64,000 nucleotides of DNA from an archaeon (GTDB lineage: Archaea; Nanobdellota; Nanobdellia; Woesearchaeales; GW2011-AR9): positions 1,802 to 65,801 of the forward strand of contig JABHQR010000013.1 of NCBI GenBank assembly GCA_018696395.1, in the 5' to 3' direction. A program made the translations under genes and the position numbers. Of the stretch, positions 1 to 9,831 are shown in pieces. Each line of letters opens with the position of its first letter. The first letter of the stretch is position 1. Under the pieces are notes generated by a model. That model was not told the DNA's origin, searched no databases, and was given only the letters and a program-made list of their open reading frames with translations.

Positions 1-2
1 CT

Positions 3-182
3 GGTTTTTTAGCAGGGGTCATTGAAAAAAATGAAATTAAATATGCTATTAAATTAGGTCAAGCAAATGCTTCATCTGTAATTCAACATATGGGAACAAA
101 AAATAAGTTACTAACAAAAAAACAAGCTATTAATTTTATTAAGAAACATAAAATTAAAGTTAAAAAATGCAAAAATAAGTAG
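3..182 (+). CDS. PfkB-family carbohydrate kinase, C-terminal fragment (5' end outside window)
   Basis: Frame 3 reads ...GFLAGVIEKNEIKYAIKLGQANASSVIQHMG..., stop TAG at 180-182. This resembles the PfkB/ribokinase C-terminal GAGDxF-GGFL region. There is no start codon within the window. Confidence 0.45.
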   Translation, partial: GFLAGVIEKNEIKYAIKLGQANASSVIQHMGTKNKLLTKKQAINFIKKHKIKVKKCKNK

Positions 183-203
183 AATACTGATTAAAAAAGA
201 AAA

Positions 204-1118
204 ATGTTAGCCAATACTAAAAAAATACTTGAAAAAGCAAGAAAAGAAAATTATGCAGTCGGACATTTCAATATCAATAATATGGAAACTGTTCAAGCAA
301 TAGTTAAAGCTGCAGAAAATTTAAAATCCCCTGTAATTCTTGCAATCTCAGAAGGTGCAATAAAATATGCTGGATTAGAATATCTTTACAATTTGGCATT
401 AATATCTTCTAAAAATAGTAAAGTTCCGATTGCATTACATTTAGATCATGGTAAAGATTTAAAAATTATTAAAAGATGTATCAAGATAGGATTCTCTTCA
501 GTTATGATTGATGCATCACATGAAAATTTTGAAACAAATATTAATTTAACTAAAAAAATTGTAAAATTGGCACATAAAAAAAAGATATCTGTAGAAGCAG
601 AACTTGGAACAATTGGGGGCATTGAAGATTATGTTTCATCAAAAAAAATTATTTATACTGACCCCTATAAAGCAGAAGAGTTTGTTAAAAGAACAGGTTG
701 TGATTTTTTAGCAGTTGCAATAGGTACTTCACATGGTGCTTACAAATTTAAAGGAAAAGCTCATTTGAAAATTGACATATTAAAACAAATTCAAAATAAA
801 GTTAAAATACCATTAGTTCTTCATGGAGCTTCTTCAGTTCCAAAAAATATTGTGAATTTAGCCGAAAAGTATGGTGCAAACCTTAAAGGAGTTAAAGGGG
901 TTCCAGAAAAACAACTTACTACTTCAGTTAAAAACGGGATTTGTAAAGTTAATACTGATACTGATTTAAGAATATCTTTTGATGCTGCAGTAAGAAAAGT
1001 TATCAAAAATCAACCAAAAGATTTTGATCCAAGACATATTTTAGGACCAGCAAGAGACTTAATACAAAAAACTGTTGAAAGAAAGATTAAAATACTAGGT
1101 TCAGATAATAAAGCTTAA
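204..1118 (+). CDS. fba: Class II fructose-bisphosphate (or tagatose-bisphosphate) aldolase
   Basis: 304 aa. TIM-barrel class II aldolase motifs are present: HLDHG, MIDASH, GTIGG, AIGTSHGAYKF, LHGASSVP. Confidence 0.8.
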   Translation: MLANTKKILEKARKENYAVGHFNINNMETVQAIVKAAENLKSPVILAISEGAIKYAGLEYLYNLALISSKNSKVPIALHLDHGKDLKIIKRCIKIGFSSVMIDASHENFETNINLTKKIVKLAHKKKISVEAELGTIGGIEDYVSSKKIIYTDPYKAEEFVKRTGCDFLAVAIGTSHGAYKFKGKAHLKIDILKQIQNKVKIPLVLHGASSVPKNIVNLAEKYGANLKGVKGVPEKQLTTSVKNGICKVNTDTDLRISFDAAVRKVIKNQPKDFDPRHILGPARDLIQKTVERKIKILGSDNKA

Positions 1119-1142
1119 GAAGATTAATATTGGTTAAAAATA

Positions 1143-1796
1143 ATGGAAAAAGAAAAAGTAGAGATTAAGAAAAAATCAAACAATAAGATACAGATCCCTA
1201 AGAAAAAAACAGTAATAAAGACAAATCATCTAAAAGGAAATGTTAATAAGAATAAAATTGTAAAAACAGTTAATAAAACAAAAACATCAAAAATAATTCA
1301 TACTAACAAAAATAAGGATAAAAAAATTAACAGGATAAAAAAGAAACCAGAATATAAAGGAAAAACGATATATATTGGTTCAGATCATGCTGGATTTAAA
1401 CTTAAAGAAAAAATAAAAGAATGGTTAATCAATTCAAATATGCCTTTCTTAGATTTAGGTAACACTATTCTTGACAAAAATGATGATTACCCTGATTTTG
1501 CGATTAAAGTTTCTAACTTAACTTCATCAAATAATTCTAAAGGGATATTGGTTTGTGGATCTGGACAAGGAATGTGTATGGCAGCTAATAAAATAAAAGG
1601 AATTAGAGCAGGAATTGCTTACACAGTTAGAGATGCAAGATTGTTAAGAGAACATAATAATGCCAATATCATGTGCCTTTCAGGTTGGGGAATGTCTTTT
1701 GAAGATTCTAAAAAAATGATTAAAAAATTTCTTGACACAGAATTTTCTTCAGAGCCAAGACATAAAAGAAGAATTGGCAAAATCATGGAGATATAA
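1143..1796 (+). CDS. rpiB: Ribose-5-phosphate isomerase B (RpiB/LacAB family) with a ~70 aa Lys-rich N-terminal extension
   Basis: The C-terminal ~145 aa (IYIGSDHAGFKLKEKI...GILVCGSGQGMCMAANK...IMCLSGWG) match RpiB. The N-terminal part is K/N-rich low complexity. Confidence 0.8.
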   Translation: MEKEKVEIKKKSNNKIQIPKKKTVIKTNHLKGNVNKNKIVKTVNKTKTSKIIHTNKNKDKKINRIKKKPEYKGKTIYIGSDHAGFKLKEKIKEWLINSNMPFLDLGNTILDKNDDYPDFAIKVSNLTSSNNSKGILVCGSGQGMCMAANKIKGIRAGIAYTVRDARLLREHNNANIMCLSGWGMSFEDSKKMIKKFLDTEFSSEPRHKRRIGKIMEI

Positions 1797-1811
1797 TAAT
1801 CCTTAATTATA

Positions 1812-2273
1812 ATGATAATCAGAAAAGCAATTCCAAAAGATTTTGAAAAATTGAAAGATATTAAGAAAGAGTTTTACTTATGGGAATGTAAAAAAGATCC
1901 TAAACTACGGGTTGAATTTGCTAATAAAAATCTAGGGATAAGATTAGGAAAAAATTTGAGACAAAATAATGTCTCTTTCTTTATTGCAATTGAAAAAGGA
2001 GAAATTATTGCTTATTCTGGTGGAGAGATAGAAATAAATCCACCAACTCATAAAGAAAAATTTAAAGGACATTTGTTCAATTTGTATGTTAAACCTGATT
2101 ATAGGAAAAAAGGGATTGGAAAAAAGTTGATTCTAAAGATATTACATTGGTTTAAAAAAAACAAGATCAAAGAGATAGAATTGTATACTAAAGCAGATAA
2201 TATTAAAGCACAAAGTTTGTACAAAAAAAATGGTTTTAATGATTATTATTTAAAATTGGAAAAAAGGATTTAA
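1812..2273 (+). CDS. GNAT family N-acetyltransferase
   Basis: 153 aa. Acetyl-CoA-binding-like motif RKKGIGKKL, and a C-terminal KKNGF typical of GNAT enzymes. Confidence 0.65.
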   Translation: MIIRKAIPKDFEKLKDIKKEFYLWECKKDPKLRVEFANKNLGIRLGKNLRQNNVSFFIAIEKGEIIAYSGGEIEINPPTHKEKFKGHLFNLYVKPDYRKKGIGKKLILKILHWFKKNKIKEIELYTKADNIKAQSLYKKNGFNDYYLKLEKRI

Positions 2274-2326
2274 TTTTTTAAAACAAGCAAAAAACTAAAT
2301 AATATCAATAATAATATAACTTAAAA

Positions 2327-2974
2327 ATGAAACAAAAAATCCTACCTTCAATCATGGCAAAAAGCCAAAAAGAACTTAACCAAGATTGTAAAAATTTAGA
2401 TAAGGTAGTTAAATATTTACATTTAGACGTTATAGATGGCAAATTTGCTAATAATAAAACATTTAATTTTAACTTTAAATTAAGTAATAAATTTTCTTAT
2501 ATATTACATTTGATGGTTAAAAAACCAGAACAATGGATTGAAAATAAAAATATTTTAAAAAGAAAAAATATTGAATTGATTATACCCCATTTTGAAGAGA
2601 TTAATAATGTTAAAAATTACATCCATTTTATTAAAAAGAAAAAAAGAAAAGTTTCTCTGGCAATTCTTCCTAAAACCAAAATTTCTTCAATCAAAAAATA
2701 TTTGATAAATTTAGATTATTTATTAATTTTAACAGTTCAACCTGGTTTTTATGGATCAAAATTCTTAAAATCCAATCTAAACAAAATTAAACAAGCTAAA
2801 AAAATAAATCCTAATTTACAAGTAATTGTCGATGGTGGAATTAATCCTGAAACAATTAAATTAGCTTTATTAGCTGGTGCGAATTATTTTGTATCAGGAT
2901 CTTATATAACCAAAATAGAAAATCCCAAACAAAGAATAAAGAATTTATTGCAAAGTATTAAAAGTGCTAAATGA
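2327..2974 (+). CDS. rpe: Ribulose-phosphate 3-epimerase
   Basis: 215 aa. HLDVIDGKF, HLMV, VDGGI and GANYFVSGS motifs of Rpe. Confidence 0.8.
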   Translation: MKQKILPSIMAKSQKELNQDCKNLDKVVKYLHLDVIDGKFANNKTFNFNFKLSNKFSYILHLMVKKPEQWIENKNILKRKNIELIIPHFEEINNVKNYIHFIKKKKRKVSLAILPKTKISSIKKYLINLDYLLILTVQPGFYGSKFLKSNLNKIKQAKKINPNLQVIVDGGINPETIKLALLAGANYFVSGSYITKIENPKQRIKNLLQSIKSAK

Positions 2975-3030
2975 TTAACAGAATATTAATAAATTATTAA
3001 TATAACTATTTTAATTTTATAGGGATAAAG

Positions 3031-3873
3031 ATGTTAACAAAAAAAGAATTGAAAGAATTAAAATTAAAGTCTAATTCTGTTCGTATTAATATTATTAAAA
3101 TGATTTCTGAATCAAAATCAGGGCATCCTGCTGGATCATTAGGAATTGTAGACATATTAATCACGTTATATTCTAAATTAATTAAACATAATCCTAAAAA
3201 ACCTAATTGGAATAAAAGAGACAGATTTATTCTTTCACCAGGCCATGTTTGCCCAGCATTATATGCCACTTTAGCAGAAGAAGGATATTTCAAAAAAGAA
3301 GAATTAATAACTTTACGTAAACTAGGTTCAAAATTACAAGGTCACCCCCACAAAGAAGATCTTCAAGGAATAGAATTAAGTACAGCTTCTTTAGGACAAG
3401 GACTTGGTGCAGCAGTAGGAATAGCATTAGGATTAAAACTTAACAAAAGTAAAAATTATGTTTATTGTATTTCAAGTGATGGAGAACATGATGAAGGTTC
3501 TGTATGGGAAGCAGTTAATGCAGCAAATAAATATAAGTTAAATAATTTAATTAACATTATTGATGTTAATAACATCCAAATATGTGGCTATACTAAAGAT
3601 GTCTGGCCATTAGAATCATTTAAAGCAAAATATGAATCATTTAATTGGAAAGTAATTGAAATTAATGGTAATAATCATTGCCAGATTGTTAGTGCAATTG
3701 AAAAAGCCAAGAAATTGAATTACCCTGTTTGTATTGTTGCTTATACTGTCCCAGGTAAAGGAGTATCTTTTATGGAACATAAATATCAATGGCATGGTAA
3801 AGCGCCAAATCAAGAAGAAAAAGAGTCAGCATTACAAGAGTTAGAAAAAGAAAGGGAATTGATTATTAAATAA
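3031..3873 (+). CDS. tktA: Transketolase, N-terminal (TPP-binding) subunit
   Basis: 280 aa. GHPAGSLG, GHVCPALYA, SSDGEHDEGSVWEA (TPP-binding GDG-like motif). Split transketolase is typical of archaea. Confidence 0.85.
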   Translation: MLTKKELKELKLKSNSVRINIIKMISESKSGHPAGSLGIVDILITLYSKLIKHNPKKPNWNKRDRFILSPGHVCPALYATLAEEGYFKKEELITLRKLGSKLQGHPHKEDLQGIELSTASLGQGLGAAVGIALGLKLNKSKNYVYCISSDGEHDEGSVWEAVNAANKYKLNNLINIIDVNNIQICGYTKDVWPLESFKAKYESFNWKVIEINGNNHCQIVSAIEKAKKLNYPVCIVAYTVPGKGVSFMEHKYQWHGKAPNQEEKESALQELEKERELIIK

Positions 3874-3923
3874 AAATAGTTTTAATTTAAAATTAAATAG
3901 AATAAAATGGTTAAACAAAACAA

Positions 3924-4871
3924 ATGGATTCAGTTAGAGAACTAAAATCTACCAGGCAAGGATTTGGGAAAGCATTGTTAGAGTTAGGTAAGAAAAATAA
4001 AAAAGTTGTTGTGTTAAGTGCAGATCTTACTAGTTCTGTCCAAGCACATAAATTTGAAGAAAAGTATCCAACCAGATTCTTTCAAGCAGGTGTTGCAGAA
4101 CAAAATATGATCAGTATGGCGACAGGATTATCTTTAGAAAGTTTTATTCCATTTGCAACTTCGTTCGGAGTGTTTGTTCCAATGAGATGTCTTGACCAGA
4201 TTAGAGTTAGTGTTTGTTATAATAATTCTAATGTCAAACTAGTTGGAAGTCATTGCGGATTATCTACTGGTGAAGATGGCGCCACACATCAAGCGCTAGA
4301 GGATGTGGCTTCTTTAAGATCTTTACCAAACATGACAATCATTGAACCCTGTGATTATAATCAAACAATTTTAGCAACAAAAGCTATTGTTAACATGAAT
4401 GGTCCTGCCTATTTAAGGATCCATAGGCCTAAAATGAAACAGTTAACCAAAATAAGTTCTAAGTTTAAAATTGGAAAAGCAGATATAATTCAAAAAGGAG
4501 AAAAATTAACTATCATTACTTCTGGGCCAGTATTAGTGGAAGTTATCAAAGCCAGTAAAATTTTGGTTAAGGAAAAAATAATTAACTTTAAACCAGAAAT
4601 TATTAATTGCCACACTATTAAACCAATTGATTATAAAACAATAATTAATTCAGTTAAAAAAACAAATAAAGTCTTAGTAATTCAAGACCACCAGATTGTA
4701 GGAGGATTAGGTTCTTCAGTTTGTGAAGTTTTAAGTCAACATTTTCCTGCACCGGTGAAAATATTGGGTATGAAAGATAAATTTGGAGAATCCGGTAGTC
4801 CAAAAGAATTATGGCATAGGTATGGTTTAGATCATGAAGGGATTATGAGGGAGATAAAGAAGTTTGTTTAA
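3924..4871 (+). CDS. tktB: Transketolase, C-terminal (pyrimidine-binding) subunit
   Basis: 315 aa. RQGFGKAL, GVAEQNM, HCGLSTGEDGATHQALEDVA motifs. It lies immediately downstream of the N-terminal subunit. Confidence 0.85.
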   Translation: MDSVRELKSTRQGFGKALLELGKKNKKVVVLSADLTSSVQAHKFEEKYPTRFFQAGVAEQNMISMATGLSLESFIPFATSFGVFVPMRCLDQIRVSVCYNNSNVKLVGSHCGLSTGEDGATHQALEDVASLRSLPNMTIIEPCDYNQTILATKAIVNMNGPAYLRIHRPKMKQLTKISSKFKIGKADIIQKGEKLTIITSGPVLVEVIKASKILVKEKIINFKPEIINCHTIKPIDYKTIINSVKKTNKVLVIQDHQIVGGLGSSVCEVLSQHFPAPVKILGMKDKFGESGSPKELWHRYGLDHEGIMREIKKFV

Positions 4872-4949
4872 ATATTGTAAAAAATCCGATTAGGTAAAAC
4901 CAAATATTAACTCGAAATCTTTAAAAAAAGGCTTCTAATTCAGTTAATT

Positions 4950-5702
4950 ATGGCAACTAAACAAAAAACTCTTGGTGAAGCAGCAGTGACTGAAACTTCT
5001 ACAGGAAAAAAAGAAAAAAAACAAACTCAACCAGCAGAAATTAAACAAGTTGAGTTAGGTACAGCTAAAAAAGAAAAAAGTAAAGTAGATGATAAATCAA
5101 ACAATTCTAAAAAGAAAAAAGTTCCTTCTAGAAAATCAAAAGATAAAAAGGAAAATAACAACCAGGTTAAGAAAAAGATCCTAATAAGAACCATTCTTTG
5201 TAGTGAAAAAGTGATCACAGAATCTTCTGATGAAGCAAGATCCTTGAATAATCAATCTTGTTTTGGAAGTTTTGGTGATAATGGTAAAATTGAGTTATCA
5301 TTATTAGAAGGACTTTACTTAATGGAAAAAGGTAAAATTGAAATTAAAAGTGAAGCTGGAAGAAAAATTAATTTTGAATCCTACGTTAGAAGAGCACGAA
5401 AAATTGAACCTAATTTTTGGACAAGATATAGGGTTTTCAAAGATATTAGAAACAGAGGTTACATTATCAAAACTGCACTTAAATTTGGAGCAGATTTTAG
5501 AGTTTATGATAGAGGCATTAAACCAGGTGAAGATCATGCAAGATGGATTGTTTACCCAGTACATGAAGGCGAAACTTTAACTTGGTACGAATTTGCAGCT
5601 AAAAATAGAGTAGCACACAGTACTAAGAAACGTCTTTTGATGGGTATCGTGGATGATGAGGGAGATGTGACTTATTACGAAATCAGATGGTTAAGACCTT
5701 GA
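4950..5702 (+). CDS. endA: tRNA-splicing endonuclease (EndA) with a ~100 aa Lys/Glu-rich N-terminal extension
   Basis: C-terminal ~150 aa (LYLMEKGKIEI...RYRVFKDIRNRGYIIKTALKFGADFRVYDRG...HARWIVYPV...YYEIRWLRP) resemble the archaeal EndA catalytic domain. Confidence 0.7.
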   Translation: MATKQKTLGEAAVTETSTGKKEKKQTQPAEIKQVELGTAKKEKSKVDDKSNNSKKKKVPSRKSKDKKENNNQVKKKILIRTILCSEKVITESSDEARSLNNQSCFGSFGDNGKIELSLLEGLYLMEKGKIEIKSEAGRKINFESYVRRARKIEPNFWTRYRVFKDIRNRGYIIKTALKFGADFRVYDRGIKPGEDHARWIVYPVHEGETLTWYEFAAKNRVAHSTKKRLLMGIVDDEGDVTYYEIRWLRP

Positions 5703-5725
5703 TTTAATTTTTCTTTATTTTCAAA

Positions 5726-6349
5726 ATGATCAAAAACATAATCTTTGACAGAAGTGGAACCCTTAGTAATGATATTAGACCAGTACATGAAGCTACTTGT
5801 ATAGTCTTCAGAGAACTAGGAAAAGAACCCATTTCAATTGAAGAATTTAAAAGAGAATTTACGTTACCTTACATGAATTTCTGGAACAAATATTTCCCAG
5901 ATTTAACTAAAAAAAAACAAGACAGATTATTTCTTGAAGCAATCCATAAAGTTAGTGAACCAGAACCATTTCCAGGGATAGAAGTATTGTTAGAAAAATT
6001 GTATAATAAAAAAATAAATATGGTTATTTTTAGTTCACACCCACAGAAAAAATTAGATAAAGAGATGTTAGATAACAACTTCACTCAATATTTTAAAGAA
6101 ATACTTGGAAGTACCCATGATAAAACTAAGTGTATTATGAAAGTTCTGAAAAGGAATAATTTCAAAAGGAATGAAACACTTTATGTTGGAGATATGGTTC
6201 ATGATATTAAAACTAGTAAAAAAGCAGGAATTAAAATATTAGCTGTATCATGGGGTTATGATAGTAAAGAGAAATTATCGCAAGCAAACCCAGATTATTT
6301 AATTGAAAACTTAGATGAATTAAATAATATTTTGTTTAAGTTAGTTTAA
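5726..6349 (+). CDS. HAD-superfamily hydrolase (phosphoglycolate phosphatase-like)
   Basis: 207 aa. Motif I IIFDRSGTL has Ser in place of the second Asp. A C-terminal GDMVHD-like motif IV (YVGDMVHDI) is present. Confidence 0.6.
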   Translation: MIKNIIFDRSGTLSNDIRPVHEATCIVFRELGKEPISIEEFKREFTLPYMNFWNKYFPDLTKKKQDRLFLEAIHKVSEPEPFPGIEVLLEKLYNKKINMVIFSSHPQKKLDKEMLDNNFTQYFKEILGSTHDKTKCIMKVLKRNNFKRNETLYVGDMVHDIKTSKKAGIKILAVSWGYDSKEKLSQANPDYLIENLDELNNILFKLV

Positions 6350-6650
6350 AGATCTCTCTCCCAATATCTTCTTTAATTTTTAGTAATATCTCTAAAGGAA
6401 ATTTTCTTTTATTGTAAGGAAAATAATTACTGGATGGGTTTAGACCATGTACAAAACCTAAATTATTATTTGCTTAAATATTTATTTAACTTTGAGAACA
6501 ATAATATTTTTAATTGATATAATTTGATAAACAAATATTCTAAATAAAAAGGTTCTTAAAATGGTTATTTACAATAATAATCAATCAAAACTATAAACCA
6601 GATAATTGAAAAATACTTCTCAGCAAGCAAAAACTATTTAAACATAGATT

Positions 6651-8156
6651 ATGACTTTTCAAAATATGAAGACTGAGGACAAAATTCTCAATTTTTTGAA
6701 ATATAGCGGACCTAGCCTAGCTATGAAAATAGCTAAGAATATTAAAGAAGATAGTATTATAGCTTCAGCTTACTTATCTGAACTAGCATCTAAAAGAAAA
6801 ATTAAAATTTCTAAACTAAAAATTGGAACTTCACCTTTATATTATTTACCTGGCCAAGAAGATCAACTAATTAGATTCACTCAAGAGATTAATCCAAAAA
6901 ATAGAGATGTATTAGAAAATTTACAAAAATGGAAAGTTCTAAGAGAAAATGATTTAGAACTTTTAGCTAAAGTTGCATTAAGATCATTACAAGATTTTGC
7001 AATACCATTACACGTAAATTTTAATGGCCAGAAAGAATTGTTCTGGAAATGGTATTTATTAGGTGATGATGAAACAAACAATATAATCTCCGACATTTTA
7101 ACAGGATTGACACCAATTACAAATAATGATACTAGATTAAATTCTAACAATCAAGAAGTTCAACCTGAACAAGTTAAAGTTGTCCAAACACAAGAAACAC
7201 AGCAAAATCATCAACATAATCAATATAATGAGATTGAACCAGAAAAGGAAGAAGTTAAATCTGAAGTTAAAGAAGTACCAAAAGAAGTTGTTCAAGAAAA
7301 AGAAGAAATCAAACAAGGAATAGAAATTAAAGAGATTCAGGAAAAACAACCTAATTTTGAATCTTATCCTCCTAACACTGCACAAAATATTGAACCATTA
7401 AATCGAAGTAATACTTATCCGCCAAATACTGCAATTACTGGGAGGGGTGGAAATGTTTGGCTAGATCAGAAAGAAATTAATTTAAACTCAGAAGAATCTA
7501 AAAGTGAAGTTAAAGAAGATTCAAAAGAAGTTGTAAAAGAAAAAGAAGAAATAAAAAAGGAAATTGAAGTTAAAACAGAAACTGAAATTAAAGAAATTAC
7601 AACAAAAGCTATTGACCATGAAAAAGATATAAAAAAACAGAATGAAAAAAATCAAATTAAGTTAAGTGATGTTAAGGAAAAAGAAACAGATAAAGAATAT
7701 GAAAAAAATGCTGATATTAAAGAGACTAAAGATTTAGAAAAAGTATCAGAAGATGAAAGACCTAAAGGTAAAAAATCGTTCATGTCAATTATTAAAGATA
7801 AATTTTCTAGTAAGTACAAAAAAAAGATTGATAAAGGTTTTTTAGATAAAGTAAGTAATTATTTAGACAGTTTAGATGTTAAAATTGAAAATAAAGAAAT
7901 TGTTAGAAAAAATTCTGAATTGAATTTTATAATTAATGTTCCATCAACAATTGGAAAAATTAAATATTTTTGTAAAGCAAAAAACAAAAATAAGTGTGAT
8001 GAAAAAGATTTATCAGCGGCCTATATGGAATCCCAGATGAAAAAGATGCCATTACTTTTTCTGTACAGTTGTGATATTAACAAGAAAGCAATTGAAATGT
8101 TAGAATCAAAAGCGTTTGATAATTTAATCATAAAAAGAATAGATAGAGAAGTATAA
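6651..8156 (+). CDS. Hypothetical protein: N-terminal winged-helix-like region, internally repeated KE-rich linker, conserved C-terminal domain
   Basis: 501 aa. Internal duplication: SEVKE(V/D)xKEVVxEKEEIKxxIE(I/V)K occurs twice and YPPNTA occurs twice. The N-terminus resembles a wHTH. Confidence 0.5.
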   Translation: MTFQNMKTEDKILNFLKYSGPSLAMKIAKNIKEDSIIASAYLSELASKRKIKISKLKIGTSPLYYLPGQEDQLIRFTQEINPKNRDVLENLQKWKVLRENDLELLAKVALRSLQDFAIPLHVNFNGQKELFWKWYLLGDDETNNIISDILTGLTPITNNDTRLNSNNQEVQPEQVKVVQTQETQQNHQHNQYNEIEPEKEEVKSEVKEVPKEVVQEKEEIKQGIEIKEIQEKQPNFESYPPNTAQNIEPLNRSNTYPPNTAITGRGGNVWLDQKEINLNSEESKSEVKEDSKEVVKEKEEIKKEIEVKTETEIKEITTKAIDHEKDIKKQNEKNQIKLSDVKEKETDKEYEKNADIKETKDLEKVSEDERPKGKKSFMSIIKDKFSSKYKKKIDKGFLDKVSNYLDSLDVKIENKEIVRKNSELNFIINVPSTIGKIKYFCKAKNKNKCDEKDLSAAYMESQMKKMPLLFLYSCDINKKAIEMLESKAFDNLIIKRIDREV

Positions 8157-8158
8157 GA

Positions 8159-9196
8159 ATGGGTTTAAAAATTAAAGATATTATTGTTAAAGAAGAAATC
8201 AGCATCAGAGATTTAAATAAAAAAATAGTTGCCATTGATACAATGAACATGTTGTACCAATTTCTTACAACCATAAGACAACCAGATGGTAAAGTGCTAA
8301 CTAATAGTAAAGGAAAAGTCACCTCGCATTTGATAGGATTATTTAGTAGAACAACCCATTTTATGGAAAGAGGTTTAAAACCAGTATTTGTATTTGATGG
8401 AAAAGCTCCAGAAATAAAAATTAAAACTTGGGAAAAAAGAACAGCTATCAAAAAGGAAGCGTCATTAAAATTACAAGAGGCGGAAGAAGCTGGCGATATT
8501 GAAGCTATGAGAAAATTTTCTTCAAGAACTGTTAAGTTAGATAAAGAAATGATTGAAGATTCTAAAAGATTGATTAAATCTTTAGGGTTACCAATAGTTC
8601 AAGCAAAATCAGAAGGTGAAGCACAAACTGCTTATATGGTAAAAACAGGTGTAGCTTATGCATCCATATCACAAGATTATGATAATTTAATTTTTGGATG
8701 CCCATTATTGGTAAGAAATCTTTCCATTGAAGGTAAAAGAAAAAAAGTGGGTAAATTTGCTTACAAAACTGTTAAACCAGAAGCAATTAAATTAGAAGAA
8801 GTTTTGAAAAAGTTAGATATTACCCATAACCAATTAATTGTCCTTGCAATTTTAGTAGGAACAGATTATAATCCAGATGGAATAAAAGGTATTGGACAAA
8901 AAAAAGCATTGAAATTAATTAAGGAACAAAGAGATAATTTTAATAAAATATTTGAAATTGTTGAATGGGGAAAAAATTGTCCAGAAATTTCTTGGAAAGA
9001 AATATATGATACAATCAAAAACATACCAGTAAGTGATGAACAAAATTTAGAGTGGCACAAAATTAATGATGAAGAAGTTATTAATTTATTAGTTGATGAA
9101 TATGAATTTGGAAGAGACAGGGTAGAAAGTAAATTAGAGAAACTTAGAAAACAACAAGGTGAACTTAAACAAACAGGGTTGAATAGTTTCTTTTGA
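8159..9196 (+). CDS. fen: Flap endonuclease 1 (FEN-1)
   Basis: 345 aa. N-domain (MGLKIKDII...IDTMNMLYQFL), I-domain (GLPIVQAKSEGEAQTAYM) and an H3TH region (GTDYNPDGIKGIG), typical of archaeal and eukaryotic FEN-1. Confidence 0.9.
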   Translation: MGLKIKDIIVKEEISIRDLNKKIVAIDTMNMLYQFLTTIRQPDGKVLTNSKGKVTSHLIGLFSRTTHFMERGLKPVFVFDGKAPEIKIKTWEKRTAIKKEASLKLQEAEEAGDIEAMRKFSSRTVKLDKEMIEDSKRLIKSLGLPIVQAKSEGEAQTAYMVKTGVAYASISQDYDNLIFGCPLLVRNLSIEGKRKKVGKFAYKTVKPEAIKLEEVLKKLDITHNQLIVLAILVGTDYNPDGIKGIGQKKALKLIKEQRDNFNKIFEIVEWGKNCPEISWKEIYDTIKNIPVSDEQNLEWHKINDEEVINLLVDEYEFGRDRVESKLEKLRKQQGELKQTGLNSFF

Positions 9197-9233
9197 GAGT
9201 TAGACAAATTTTAAAAAATAAAAAGAAAAAAAC

Positions 9234-9728
9234 CTATTCACCAAGAACAGTTAAATTAGCAGTTTCATATTCTGTTCCACTAATTAAAATTTTACGACCT
9301 TCTAGATCATTAGTTCTATTAGCTATTACTTGGGCTGCTAATCGAGTCATATTAGAATCATAACCCCTAACAATCATAGTAGTGTAACCAGTATCATGAA
9401 ATGATAATTCAATTAAAGCTTGATTTTCACTAAGACCAAATTCACATTCAGTAGTGTTTAAAATATCAGCAGTTACTGAATTATCACAAGGCATACCTAC
9501 GCTAATTAAATTTTGTGCAGTGTAATCATTAATTTCATTATCAAGCTTTGTTACATCTACAACTTCAACTTGTTCAATTTCACCATCATTGTTAGTATAC
9601 TGCATGTTTACTGCAATGTCAACCATAGCCAGAGAATCAATAGAAGGAGAATTTTCGCCAACTACAAAATAACTGTTAAATTCACCACCCAGAAGTAATA
9701 GTATTGATTGGGTGAATTTAATGATCAA
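9234..9728 (-). CDS. Hypothetical protein (possible N-terminal signal or anchor)
   Basis: 164 aa ORF with a hydrophobic N-terminus. No recognisable motif. Confidence 0.35.
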   Translation of the reverse strand: MIIKFTQSILLLLGGEFNSYFVVGENSPSIDSLAMVDIAVNMQYTNNDGEIEQVEVVDVTKLDNEINDYTAQNLISVGMPCDNSVTADILNTTECEFGLSENQALIELSFHDTGYTTMIVRGYDSNMTRLAAQVIANRTNDLEGRKILISGTEYETANLTVLGE

Positions 9729-9831
9729 TATGTCACACCACCACCAAACATATTTTATTCTAAATCCCCTTATAGTTCTATTGTAAGACTATTAAGTCAC
9801 AGACTAGAGGTGTTAGTTTGGATAATGAAAA

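Noticed and set aside
5027-5580. Short ORFs 5027-5218 (-), 5319-5564 (-) and 5338-5580 (+) within the EndA locus
   Set aside because: They overlap the EndA reading frame, whose C-terminal domain is clearly conserved. They are spurious frames produced by K-rich low-complexity sequence.
5726-6349. HAD hydrolase with DxS instead of DxD in motif I (IIFDRSGTL), as a possible inactive enzyme
   Set aside because: Several HAD subfamilies legitimately lack the second Asp, for example dehalogenase-like and some phosphomutase-like members. This cannot be judged without a profile alignment.
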